Part shown: positions 51,189 through 63,910 of the stretch, piece after piece
Layout: each line of letters opens with the position of its first letter
Numbering within the stretch: position 1 is the stretch's first letter
Assembly: GCF_000143415.4 (NCBI RefSeq)
Contig: NW_003314261.1
Coordinates: 1,812,117-1,876,116, forward strand
DNA: 64,000 nucleotides
From: Selaginella moellendorffii
Lineage: Eukaryota; Plantae; Lycopodiophyta
Direction of reading: 5' to 3'
Made by a program: the position numbers and the translations under genes
Notes under the pieces: generated by a model
Seen by the model: the letters and a program-made list of their open reading frames with translations, nothing else
Told to the model about the DNA's origin: nothing
Databases searched by the model: none

Positions 51189-51276
51189 AGCCGCTGGATC
51201 GATTGGATTGGCTCTGTAAAAAGTCGCTATTCTCTGTGAAACAATTGGTCAGTATTGAAAAAGTTTTAGTTGTTTT

Positions 51277-52370
51277 CTACCTTTTTCTTTCTGGTGTAAG
51301 TCGTAGCTTTGCCCGTCGCTGTGAAAGCATGTGTGCGTAGAGGAACAACGCAAAGCCGGGATATATGACTAGCAAAGCCTGTGATAAAAGCGAAGAACAC
51401 AAAGAAACAAAGATAAAATAACTGAAAACTGGAATTGCTGGCTCTTGCCATTATAAAGCCGTGATAGCCGAATGGAGCCCATCTGAAGAAACTTGAGTAC
51501 ATGTTTTCCTTGCGGATGAAGGGCAAGGCAGAATACATCAAATGCACTGCAAACAAAATCAAGAATAAAAGAAACGAAAAAGTGGGATAGGCTGGTTTCC
51601 GAACTTACTTTCAGAGAAGAACCCAATTGGATAGAGCACAATGAAACCAGAATATCTGTAAGAGAAAAAGTTTTTATAGAGTTTCGCCAGTTAGTGAGTG
51701 AAGCTTTTCTTGCCTCGCCCAAGTTAGCCATGGTGGACACGTTCCAAGAATGCTAGCCACGTATTGTGGATATCGTATCACCTGAAAGGGATTTTTGCAG
51801 GACTAGTGAAGAGAGAAAGTGCGAACCTCCGAAAGCGACCAAGCTCCAAGCAATGTGACGAGGCAGGGGCTGTTTTGGATCTGACACGAAAGGAAAGAGA
51901 TTAAAGCGTTCGTTTCTCTACGATCAGACAGAATTCATTTACTTCTTCGATTGGAGCCACGACTGCAGCGATGACGTGAAATCTCCCACCCCATTGCAGC
52001 AACGCTGTGAGAGTTCCACTCCGAACAAGGCCTGTAAAAGTTACAAGAAGATTTTCGAGTATTTAACGGGGAAAAAACAAATTTCTCACCGAGCAAAGAA
52101 TGTATCACTTCTAACAACGCGAAGAACTGGAGGAAATCTTCACAGCCAGAAACGTAGGCATTGAGAAATGGAATCGAGAGCCGAAATTTCGACAGAAAGT
52201 TTTACATGCGAGGCGAATTTCTCCCGTTTTCACCTTTCCTGGCGCCAAGAGCAGCCGCGCGAGTAGCAAAGCCCTAGAATCCCATGAAATTTAGCAAGGA
52301 AAACACAGCGCTGCGCTCACCAGCCTCCCGCCTGCGCTACATTGTACGCGACCAGGTAGCCTCTCGCCAT
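51277..52370 (-). CDS. PTPLA/HACD (PAS2-like) very-long-chain 3-hydroxyacyl-CoA dehydratase, multi-exon, two GC-AG introns
   Basis: MARGYLVAYNVAQAGGW, ALLEVIHSLLG, LLQWGGRFH, AWSLSEVIRYP, WLTWARYSGFIVLYPIG..E, LYAHMLSQRRAKL. Confidence 0.88.
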
Positions 52371-52510
52371 GGCCAAGAACCCTAAAATAACGTCTATAAG
52401 TGTTTACCCTAATTAGACTCTTAGAATATTCGATGTACGAGGTTTAAGTGTTTCTTTAACCCTACGCCACCCTGAAAGAGAATATACTGTTGGGGTTGCT
52501 CGTTTGCGGC

Positions 52511-53152
52511 ATGAGTATGGATGTGTTCTCTTGCGATTTCATGGTGGATGATCTCGCGATGAATGATCTCGCGCTGGACGATCTCAACGAAGATCAAGGC
52601 AAGTTTACTAGGCTGCAAGTCGATGATGGTGATCCATGGGCGGGTTTGAGCTGCCCTCCCTGGGATCCCCAGGCGCTCGAGGAGCCCAAGCCAGTAATCT
52701 CCAAGAGAGCTACCAGGCGGCCTCTTAGATTCGCCTGTATGGATCTGGAACAGGACGACGAAGAGGAAGAAAAGCCCACGAAGCCCAAGCCCAAGAGAAA
52801 ATCCAGGCCCACCTCCAAAAGTGTTGCCGCGCCGAGGAAGACCAAAGCCGAGAAGCCCAAGAGGATTTCCAGGCCCGCCTCCAAAAGAGTTGACGAGCCC
52901 AAAGCCGAGGCGAGGAAGAACGCCACCTCCAAGATCTCTCCCGAGGAACGGGAGGAGCTCAGGAGAATCCGAGAGACTCTGCCGGATCACGCTTTGTGCC
53001 CGAGGTGTGACGAGTTTTGGCGCACGAGGTTCTACGACTTCAATAACTATCGCAAGGACCAGATAAGGTATAAGTGCGTGCCCTGCAACAAGAAGTGGAC
53101 GCTCGGTAAGCCGCCACGAACGAGAACCAAGCGTGCTAAAGTTGCAATCTAA
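52511..53152 (+). CDS. Protein with a divergent C-terminal Dof-like C2C2 zinc finger
   Basis: CPRCDEFWRTRFYDFNNYRKDQIRYKCVPCNKKWTLG parallels the Dof consensus CPRCxSxxTKFCYYNNYxxxQPRHFCKxCRRYWTxGG; acidic N-terminus and Lys/Pro-rich linker. Confidence 0.7.
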   Translation: MSMDVFSCDFMVDDLAMNDLALDDLNEDQGKFTRLQVDDGDPWAGLSCPPWDPQALEEPKPVISKRATRRPLRFACMDLEQDDEEEEKPTKPKPKRKSRPTSKSVAAPRKTKAEKPKRISRPASKRVDEPKAEARKNATSKISPEEREELRRIRETLPDHALCPRCDEFWRTRFYDFNNYRKDQIRYKCVPCNKKWTLGKPPRTRTKRAKVAI

Positions 53153-53250
53153 GAGGAGAGAGAAAGATTTATTCAAGGTTTGCTTAGGTACCTGGATTCT
53201 GGGAAGTTTTACGACGGATGCTTCAACCGGTTGTGACGCTGTAACGTCGG

Positions 53251-54910
53251 CTACCGGGACAGTTCTTGAATGAGATCTACGACGCTCGTCATCGCTCCGT
53301 CGTTCTGCGGGGCGCCAAAAGAGTTAGCAGAAGAACACGAAGTTTTGCCTAGACTTAGAGAGAGTGTTCTTACCAGAACAACGATATCAAACGCGGTTGT
53401 GTAGGTGCTTAGCCAACTGTTTATGTTCTCGTTGCTGCAAAAGAACGAAAACGTTTTCGTCCTTCACCGTGAGATAGATGAAATACTTACAGGAATCCTA
53501 TGGTAATACGGTTGTCATAGTCAACTCCATCCGACATTCCGAGGTCTCCAATGTGATCGCCCAGAAGTATCACGTTCCTGCGGTCTCGCACAAGAGAGTA
53601 CCCGTTCTTGGCATTGTTGACGACTTCGTGGCCCTGATCGTCATGTAGTGGAGCAGCCATCTCTAGGGAATGCTCGTTCTTGTTCAGAACGTGTATCAGC
53701 TTCCCTGTTGATCGCAAAGCACTTCAGTACGAATGTAGATAGCTAGCTCGCTACCTTTGAAACCCAGGAGATTGCCATCACCATCAAAGTTCATGCGATT
53801 TGATACGACACGGATGTTTTTGAAAGAACGATGAAGCTTTTGCCGCATAACCTCTTCGATGATATCAGCTAAACCAGCAGAAAATATCAAAACGGGGACG
53901 CTCTTGGCCTAAGGTATCTAATGTAAGTGGCAACAAAACTATAGAAAGATTTTACCTCTAAAATCTCAAGAAGTTCGACAACGCCACTCCGGAAACCAAT
54001 AACAGCATTAGCCACCGAGGTTTGAATAGCTTTGAAGGTAAGACCGCCTTCTACAAGAAGGTTATGCGTCTTTCCCCACCTGAAACGGGAATATCTATCA
54101 GATAAACAATACTACTGCGTCGCAAGTACTTACCACTCTTCCATAAGTTTGGTCTTCTGTTCAACAGGAATTGTTGGACATGTCTCGAGAGGATAATAGT
54201 GATCGAATAGCTGCTGACGCTTTAAATCATATTCAGCGTTTCCTTGGTTCAAGAGCGCGTGAGTACCTGTTTTTATTTTGTAAATAAAAAAAACTAAGCA
54301 AAAGGGGTCGAAAGTAAGGGGAAAAAACACTTACTTTGGCCTCTTGTACCATTGACCATGTATTTTGTCAAGGTCATGTCGAAGTCTGCAATGACCTGGT
54401 AGACAAGGAAATAATTTATAGAATAATAATGTTCTACAAGTCAGACCTGCAAGGAAGACAATCCAGCAGCTTTAATAGCACGCTTTTTCCTCTCCAGCTC
54501 TTCGGGGTTCCCAATGACAATCTGTGGGACTCGCGAAGCAACAGTAGCTCCCAGCTTTGTTTCGCTACTATCCATTTGAGAAGCGGCAGTGGCAGTAGAC
54601 CTGTATCAAACAACGATGGAAAGAACAAAACTTTAATCTTCCCATAACAGGAAGAAATCATCGCACCTCGATCCAGGAGCTACAACTTGTTCTTGCAAGC
54701 TCCTCTTGCCGGAACTAATCGTCATGGACGACAACGCCTTGCACAGTGCTGCGCGGGTGTGAGTCATGAGTGGAGCCCAGGAATTCTTCGCGCACAGCTG
54801 AGAGGGAGTGAGATGATGAGAAATAGGCGAGCGGTTCTGAACCCATGCCGGGTTCATTCAAGCCGCCGCCGGCGCTCGTCTTGTCACGCCGCCGCGCAAC
54901 TGATTCCCAT
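53251..54910 (-). CDS. Pyrimidine 5'-nucleotidase (cN-III/UMPH-1-like HAD), multi-exon, N-terminal transit-like extension
   Basis: VIADFDMTLTKY, HYYPLE..KTKLMEEWWGKTH, IFSAGLADIIEEV, IHVLNKNEH, NVILLGDHIGDLGMSDG. Confidence 0.92.
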
Positions 54911-55189
54911 GCTCTCTCGGGATCAGCAGCGACAGAGAAGGAATGCAAATCAAACCTGGAATGCGTCGCGGCCGCGATCGATCGCCCTCGCTCGGAAAAA
55001 CCCTAGAACTCGGGGGCTGGAGAAAACCCTTAACGGACACAATGCACGGTTGGCTCCATTTTTTGTTTCATCACTTTGGGAAGAATTGCCCTAAAAATAA
55101 GTGGACAGTGGGCTCGAATCTCTTACAGTATATCCAATGATTTAATGTGAACTTTATGCTAAACGTTTTAGTTTGTTTATAAGTTAAGC

Positions 55190-58100
55190 TTAAACTGTCC
55201 CTCGAAGATCTAGCTCGGACTTGACAGCCTCTCGGAGCGTCCTGAGCAGCCCTTGGTGCTTGCGTTGGATCCACGCCGCGATCTCTTCCACCAAAAACTC
55301 CCCATCGTCCCAGGCCTCGGCAAGCTTTCTCCTGCTATCCACCACCGTTTTCCATCCTTCCTCCAGCTTGTAAACCAGCTCCGCCACCCTCTTGTGCGCC
55401 ATCGCCTCCGGCTTGAGCAGCATCGCCGGATCGGCAGCGAGATATTGTCGCAGAGGAGCCAAGCTCGCCAGCACTCGGCCCTCCAGCAACGCCGACGCAA
55501 ACACCGCCACCGTCTTCCTCCCCGCCGGGAGTTCCATGGCGTGCAATGGTAGCTGCCAGTTGTGGGGGCCAAAAGTCGCGGACACCCAGCACTTGACTTG
55601 GTCGGCTTCTCGGTCATACCACGGCGGAGGATCGTCGAGCGGCCTGGAGAAGGAGCAGAAGAAGCTGGCCTCGGTCACCAGAGCGTGTGCGTCGATGGAC
55701 GAGACGCACGCCATGTAAGGCCTGGAAGTCTCCACGATCTCCTTGTAGACGACGAAGTCCGACGCGAAGCTAAACGTTGACGAGGACGGGCCGAGGTAGA
55801 CGATGCTGCGTCCATCTCCCTCTTCGTCTCCCCCATCCTCTTGTCCGTGGAGCGACGAGGCCTGGTAACGAATTCCTCTCTTGCGTGACTTGGCCGTGTC
55901 GAGCCTGTCGCGACGAGTTACTCTTCTTGCAACTCTGTCCGGCCACCCCGCGCAGAGTGCATAGATGAGCGCCTTCTCTTCGTTGGTGCTGAGTTTCTTC
56001 CGGCTTAGCTGCTTCCAGCCTTCTTCCAGGCCGGAGCCAATCAAAAGATCCTCGAGTAGCTGTTGACGAACTAGTCTCGAAAGCTGGCCCCTCAGCTTGG
56101 ACATCTCCTTCATGATCTTCTGATTGAGATGGCTGGCCGTGCAAAACTCGGCCTGGTTGCTTGATTCTTCGTAGGCCCGGAGCGCGTTCATGATCGTCAA
56201 TGCGTCGCTCGAGGTGTTTTTAAATCGGTGACGCTCGGGTTTCTTTGTTGCTTTCACGGCTTCTCCGCTCGGCGTTGTAGCAGCGTCTTTCTCGTCTTTG
56301 GATGACTCTTCGAGACTGAAAAACGGATTCTCCACGCTTAGCGCAGCTGCGATTGCCACTGCACAAGCGGCTATCACCGACTTTCTGGACTTGCCACCCA
56401 TAACGCGGGCAGACTGTAGCGCCGCTATCACCATCCGTGCATGCCGAGGATTGATGGGATATAGTGCCATTGCTTTTCCGATTGATGTCGGCAAACCCGT
56501 CGTTCGATCCAGAGCTGATAATGCTGTCAGACATTTTTCTGCCTCTAACAACGCTCCCTTCTCAGGTGGCGTGGGGAAAGGAAAGTTCATTACCTGGAAC
56601 ACAACGAGAACCTCAGTGAGAGGAACAGCAAAACGAAGAAAATGATACCTTGTCGATGCCCATGCACTTCAACACAAGTACTACCCCCTCGATTGGAACC
56701 AAACTGATCTCTGGAGGAGCGAAGTCCGGAAAGTTGTGGTGGTAGTGCGTCTTAGAATAGAGCTGATAACAATGTCCCGGACCAGTTCGACCAGCTCTTC
56801 CAGCACGTTGGTCCGCTGACGCCTTGCTGATCCAGCCGACTTCAAACCTGGACACTCCGCTGGAGCCATCGAACTTCCTCTCTTTTGCACGACCACAGTC
56901 GACCACGTAACGTATGCCAGGTATGGTGATAGATGTCTCGGCTACATTTGTGGCGACAACAATGAGCCTTTTCCCTTCTGGAACGGCAGCAAAAACTCGT
57001 AGCTGTGCCTCAGCTGGCAGCATAGCATAAAGCGGAAGGACGAGCGCTGGACCCGGTTTTCTGACGTGATCCATGTTGCTGGTTTCATTACCTGGCGTTT
57101 TATCTGTGTCTTCGACGTCTGACACGCCACTGCTGCTGCTATCATTTTCGCCTGTAAATCCGTCAACATCTTCTTCCCAGTCCGAAGAATCATCATCCTC
57201 TTCATCAACAGCGTCTGCCACTGATCTCATGTCCAAAGCTCCACATTCAGTCCCTGACAAAAGCGCTGAATCCTCTCGTTTAGCAACTGGCTTCCCATCT
57301 GAAGACTCTAGCTTGCTTGAAGGTGTAAACGACAGTCTCAGCCTCTTGCACAGAGCTTCCACTTCACGCCGGCCAGTGACAAAAACTAATATCCCGCCCG
57401 GCGGGAGCTTCCTGTGGATGGCACAGACTTTCCGATATGCTGCACTTTCGTAATCCTGAAGCTCCGTCTTTCTACTGGAATGAACCGTGACGGGGAACTG
57501 TCTCGCTGTTACGTGAATCACCGGCGGTGGAAGACGAAACATCTTTTGGTTTGCCGTGAAGTCCTCAACCCGAAGAGTTGCACTCATTATGATCAGTTTC
57601 AGAGGGGTGACGGCCTCGGACCTTTTGTTTTGAAAATACAGCCTCTAGAAAATTTTAAAAGATTAATAGAATCAGCATCTAGGGAATATAGAAACTTACA
57701 TTTCGCAGAGGTAGAACTCTAGATAGCATTCCAACGAGAATGTCGGTGTTGACACTTCTTTCGTGTGCTTCGTCCAGCACAATCACGGAGTACTTTGTCA
57801 ACAAAAAATCTGACTAAAAGATGTTTGAGTCGCTTCGTAGAAGCCATGCTTTACCTGGATTTCTCTGAGAAGAATACCATCCGTCATAAACTTGATAGAG
57901 CTTTTCTCTCCAATTTTCCTGTCATGCCTAACTTGAAATCCAACTTCTTTGCCTAGTTGGAGGTTGAGCTCGTGTGCCACGCGCTTCGCTGTTGTCAGGA
58001 CCGCAATTCGCCTGGGCTGTGTGATCCCGATGATGCCACAGCGATCCTTGTACAATGGAGAGCCATAACCAGCTTCGTACAAAAACTGACACACGAAACA

Positions 58101-59117
58101 CAATTAATCTCCACTCACACAAAAAACTAGAGATAGTGAAATACCTGAGGTACTTGAGTTGTTTTACCGCACCCAGTCTCTCCACAAATAATCACAACGT
58201 CGTTCTCCTGCACTGCCTCCATAACCTCTTGCTCCATCATGATAATGGGCAATTCACGTCTACTCTTGTCCACCTCTTCGGATCTCCAGACGTTGACAAC
58301 AAATTTTCGCGTGTTGCTCGCAGATGCTGATGCGACTGCAGCGAGTGACAGGGAAATATCAGTCCCTTCAGCGTTGGCACAACTTTCCTTGATGGCTTGG
58401 CTATTTCCTCCGTCCTGGATTACGGACTGGCAAAAGTCGGTTCTTTTGGTCTTATTGTGGACTTTCTCCGTTTTCGCTGTAACGGCCGGCCCCGGCTCAA
58501 CCACTGAATCGTCCTTGGAAACAATCCTCTCTCGAAACAGAGGAATCTCGGGAGGAACGTCCAATCCAGCGGCCCTCAGCTGCATTCCCCGTCGAAGCTT
58601 CTCCCGCATTGTCTCCGCCTATTGAACGTCATAACGCTGAGAAAAAATGAAAAGCAAGAACAAAACAGGTAAACCTTGCCTAGCGCACTCGACGAGGACA
58701 TAAGTGCTTGCACATTGTCCGAGAGCTTGTAATTCCTAGAAAACGAAAGCCATCAAGCTACGAGAAATTGTCAATGTAGAGGTATAACTTACTCCAACGT
58801 CTCGAATGCCTGTTCTCGCAGTTCTCTCTTCTCCTTCTCTTCCTAGGGAGCACAAACTTCGTGAAGAGATGCCAAAAAGTAGAATTTCTTCCATACAAAC
58901 CTGGAGCTTCTTGAGCTTCCGCTGCATGCTCTTGCTGATCCTCCCCGCGTCAGGCTTGCTCTAAGAAATCCCACCAATTAGATAGCTCCACGATATCGAG
59001 ATCCCATACCGGCAGCACAGATTCCTTGTTTTTCTTGCGCTTTGCAGGCATTTCGATGGCGTTGCTGTCGGCGCCGGCCCCAGCGCCATCGCCACTCCTC
59101 CCGCGCTTCTTCTTCAT
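55190..59117 (-). CDS. DHX37: DEAH-box RNA helicase DHX37/Dhr1-like
   Basis: [79 protein letters not shown]. Confidence 0.95.
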
Positions 59118-59421
59118 CCCAATGCCCTACTACGAAAGCCCTAATCTCCATAGAGAAAAGATTCGATTTTTGTCCTCTTTCTCTTGTCTGGATCCAAGTT
59201 TAAGCTCTAATAAGAAGCGAATGGTCCACAGAAAAGGAGAAAAGAAAATGGCCTTTATCTCGCAAGAACTCGAAGCTGTTGCCTTTACGGTACTAGAACA
59301 CCTTTGTTTCTCTTTCTTGCCTGTCCTTCTTTCCAGTTCTAGATAGGTACTGCGCTCTTCGATCAATCACTCGCTCCCTCACTCGCGATTTCATTCTCTC
59401 GTAGCTGCGAATCCGAGTCCT

Positions 59422-61455
59422 ATGGAATGGATGTCCGACGAGCTCCTCGACTCCATCTTCTCGTTCATCGATCACCCCATGGACCGGCGAGCGCTATCCG
59501 AGGTTTGCAAGCGCTGGTACCTTGCAGACGCCAGGACTCGCAAGAGCATCACCATTGGCTTCTCCTACGCCATCGAGCCATCCAGCTTGAGCCGAAGGTT
59601 CGGCAACATCCAGGCTCTCAAAATCAAAGGCAAGCCTCGAGTGTCCGAGTTTGGGATGGTTGTCAAGGACTGGGGTGCCTACTGCGAGCCGTGGATCCAA
59701 GAGCTCGTCAGCCAAAGGCATCCCAGCAGCGCTACAGCATTCGCCTCTCTAACGTCTCTCCACTTTCGACGCATGGAAGTCTCGGACACGGCCTTGAGAT
59801 TGCTCGCTCGGGGCTTCGGCTGCTCGCTCCAAGTTCTCAGGCTGGACAAGTGCTCCGGGTTCTCCACCGCGGGATTGGAAGCCGTGGCTCGAGAGTGCAA
59901 GTAAGTTCTTCTCTTATCTTGTCGGTGTTCTTTATTTTACCTTTATCACTAGATCCCTGCGAGTTCTTTATCTGGAAGAGAGCGTGATCGAGGACGATGG
60001 AAGCCAGTGGCTCCACGAGCTGGCAGTGAGCAACAGCGCCCTGGAAGTCCTCAACTTCTTCCTCACTGGCTTGGATCTTTCGAATCTCTCCGACCTGGCG
60101 CACATTATCGCGAACTGTAAGTCGCTGACATCCCTGAAACTTGGCGAGATCAGCACGGGCGTGGTGGACCTCCCGGCGGACATCTTCATCGCGGCCAAGT
60201 CGCTCAAGGAACTGGCCGTGATCTTCGCTCGCAACAACATCAGTGTCAACTTGCCCAAGACCCTCACTTCTTTCGCCGGTGACCTCTTGTTCCCGCTGGA
60301 TCCACACGTGTGCTCAAATTTTCGCGAGCTGGATCTCATGTCCACCACTCTCAGCGCCGAGGAGCATATGCAAGTGATCCAGTGCTGTCCAAATCTCGAA
60401 GTCTTGAAGGTAGAAAATCCTCTCCTTGTCGTAAAAAAGTACCTTATTTTTGTGTTTTTCTTGTAAGTACGTTTGACTGGGCTCCCCGAGCTTTGGTTTT
60501 ATCTCCTTATCCTGTGTTCGTGGTTCTTTAACTTTCCAAAGTTCTCAGTCCCTGTCGTAAAAAAGTCTCTCTTTACCGAGAATGTGTTCTTAGTTCTTGA
60601 ACTTCTCTTCCTTCTCAAAGTTGTTTCCCAAAAGTTCGTAGTGAATCTTCTCAGAGCTTGATGTGTTTGTTCGCCGTGGAGCAGGTCCGGAACATAATCG
60701 GCGATGCCGGCGTCGCCACGCTCGCCAGCCTCTGCCCAAAGCTCCGCCGCATCCGCATTGAGAATCTCGAGGACGCGCACGGCTTCTGCTCTTACAATGG
60801 CCTCATTTCCCTCGCCTCGCGCTGCGTCAACCTCCAACACGTAGCCATTTACGTCTCCGACATCGCAAACTCGGCCCTCCGAGCTTTCGGCACGCACTGC
60901 CCACACATGCTCGACTTCCGAATCGTCCTCCTGGAATCCACCTTGCCCGTCACGGAGCTGCCGCTTGACTCCGGCGTCCGGGCACTGCTCCAAGGCTGCC
61001 GCAAGATCACCCGCCTCGCCATCTATCTCCGCAATGGCGGCCTCACCGACGCTGGCCTGGCCGCAATTGGAAGCCTGGGCGAGCACTTGACGTGGCTGCT
61101 GCTGGGCTGCGTGGGGAGCACCGATCAGGGCCTCATTGATCTCGCTTCCGGCTGCCGGAGCTTGCAGAAGCTGGAGCTCCGCGATTGCCCCTTCACTGAG
61201 AGGGGGATTGCGGTCAGCGTCCGCCTCCTCGCGTCGCTGCGCTTCTTGTGGATCCAAAAGTACCGCGAGTCCAATCCCTATGATCTCCTCCAGATGGGTG
61301 ACTGGGTGGTAGAGTACATCGTACCCAGTAGCGACACCACACCATCACAGGTGGTGGCGTATCGATCCACTGTGGGGCACCGCAGCGATTTCCCTGAGGA
61401 GGTGATCCCTCTCAGCCAGATTGCCTGGGCATTTGGCGGGGAATTTCATATTTGA
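59422..61455 (+). CDS. COI1: COI1-like F-box/LRR jasmonate receptor homologue; introns 59901-59952 and 60410-60684
   Basis: F-box DRRALSEVCKRW, KIKGKPR, LDKCSGFST, WLHELA, RRIRIE, AIYVSDI, DFRIVLL, AIYLR, WLLLG, LQKLELR, FLWIQ, GHRSDFP. Confidence 0.88.
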
Positions 61456-63044
61456 AACTACTTCAACAAAGACAAACTAGGATGAAGTCCAGCGTTGCGA
61501 CATGGAAGCGCGAGTTGCAAAAAGTAATGTTTTTTTCTCTACGATGCATTTGCAGCAACCGAAATCGGCTCGCGGCGGAAATCTTGCGGCAGCTCCAGAG
61601 ATGGTCAGAATCCTCTAGTCATATATGTAGGACAGATTGGGTTTCTGGGACAAGAGTCTATGAAATAGTTCCTTTCTTAATAATTGCAATCCAAGGGAAC
61701 AATAAAGACAGAAGTGGAAGACAGATAGATATCAACACGGGGCCATACTAAAGTTTATTAATCCATAGCTCGAGAATGCATAGCATTTCCTGGGCTTTAT
61801 AACAATAAAATTGAGTTCTCAATTTGAGATTTAAGCAGAGACGTTTAGTTTGTTATTAATTTATGAAAATTCTTGCATTCCTCCCACTTTTGTCAACAGT
61901 AAAAAAAAGCTTACCTTGTAACAAAAACTCTTTCTCTAGAGACCATATAAGCCTGCACAATTATCTAGAAAAACATCAACTCTCATGTCTGATCAAATAG
62001 ATAATGATCTCAATGTATACAAGCTGCAAATGGAGCCTGCAGCACATCGAGCTTTGGTTGGCAGACATGGATCACTTCATTGTTATCAGTTGAAGACAAA
62101 AAAAAAAGAAAAAAAGCTTTTAAGACAGAAACAAAAGCTTGATAATAAGACCAGATGCGAACTAGCTAGACTCTAGTTGAGAGCAAATTCTTCCATCTCA
62201 TGACTAGAAAAGACTTGAAGGTAAGTTTTGAAGATACATTGTTGTTTTAGGCATTGTCAGGAGAAAGTTCTTGTATGATGCGCTCTTGACATCCTAAATT
62301 TGGATGAAACAAACAGCTACTTGAGAGCACCTCTTAAGTCATGCCTCCATCTAAAGACCGTACCATTGTATTATAAGGCCTGCTCGTTTCCCTCCTACTG
62401 GCAATGAGGATGAAAAAGCTAAAAAGAAAACAAAGAGCTTTGAAGCATAAGATGAGATCTCCTAGAGGGACTACCATGCACTCCATAGTATCATATGGCA
62501 CAGAGTGTTGATGTCTTCACATCCACCTATGCGTCTTCCTCAAATCCAAACCGAATATTGACCTCTTAAGAGTATTACAAACTAAATGTGGTGTAAAAGA
62601 TACATATACATTTTACTAAGCACTATCATAGGAAAATCTGGCTTTAAATTTATTGCATATATTATTTCTTTCACTTAATTGTTTGATAATAAAGTTGACT
62701 ATTTTATCCTTATTTATCCCCTATTGTTCCAAAGATCTGAAAGCGATCATACATTTTTTGTGAGATCCATAATTAAAAGGGGGATGAAAAATTTAAGCTT
62801 AGAAACTAAAGAGTAACATTTAAAATTCTAAGATTTGTTAAGACTTACTGTTCTAACTCACCAAAAAATCCCACCTATTGCACTATTCATAACAATGAGC
62901 TAAAACTTAAAGATGACTATAAATCTATATACTATCAATTAAAGTTGCCACCATCATGCCACTTTCATGAGGAGACCATTTAATGGAAGTTAAAGTGGTG
63001 GAATAGTTTACTCTCCTTATGTGACGATCTTACAAAACTTAAGA

Positions 63045-63436
63045 TATGAGGAATAAATATTGAAGTATAAAAGCACACCTAAAAACAAAAGAGCTTTTCT
63101 TATATTTTCAGTTAGCTCAACTTCAAATTTTTCTCAAACTACCTCCTATATATAAGCTAGAATGTGCATAGTTTTGTATTTCATTTATGCTTTTAGTTTA
63201 AATCTAGCTTTTGTATTTCTATTATTTTTGTTGCTTTTTTTATTTCTTCTATTTTGTTTTTCTTATTTTTTTTCATTTTTATAGCAGAAGAGTAGCCCCC
63301 TTTGACTTAGGAGTAATAATTGGTGTGCTATATAGTATTAAACTTAATTGATAATGGCATTTATGGTATTTGGTGCAATTCTTTCTACTTTTATTGCCAA
63401 TCCTTGTGTCAAACTAGAGTTCTTTTATGGGAATCC
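63045..63436 (+). mobile_element. 5' fragment (LTR/leader/gag start) of the same gypsy family as 15219-23790
   Basis: ~63140-63436 aligns with ~15315-15683 (e.g. TAGAGTTCTTT(C/T)ATGGGAATCC, TTTAGCTTTTGTATT). Confidence 0.7.
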
Positions 63437-63478
63437 ATATATTAAACCATGTTGTATGAAAATGACTTGAAATACACT

Positions 63479-63910
63479 CTATAAAGGTTTAAATATAAAG
63501 GAAAAGGCCTATAAACAAGAGTGCACTTCGTTTTCCAATTGGTTAAGGGTTTTGGGATACTTAAGGTTAAGTGTCCTTAGGTTTGAATAATACTGAGCTA
63601 GATGATCTCTCGAGAAATTTAAATTTCAAAGGGGTAGGGTGTCAAAAAAGCAAAGCTTTGGGAGAGTTGTGGCTCTTAGTTTTTGTTTATGAGGGCGTGA
63701 ACTTGTAGGGAAGCATTGTGAATTGTAAATAATTAAAAGAAATTATTTAAAAGATGATCTATAAAGGTTTAAATATAGAAGGAAAGAACTTATGAATAAG
63801 AGTGCACCCTCTTTTCTAACTGGTTAAAAGTCTTGGGATACTTAGGGTTAAGCATTTTTGGGTTTGAATAATACTAAGCTATGTGACCACTCGAAAAGTT
63901 TAAATTCAAA
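63479..63910. repeat. Direct repeat with ~280-bp period; related copy at ~13672-13732
   Basis: CTATAAAGGTTTAAATATA..GAGTGCAC..TGGTTAA..GGGATACTTA..GGTTTGAATAATACT at 63479 and 63759. Confidence 0.8.

Noticed and set aside
61490-62570. Exon-like minus-strand segments downstream of COI1
   Set aside because: Splice-like signals are present, but every frame has stops and no family was recognised.
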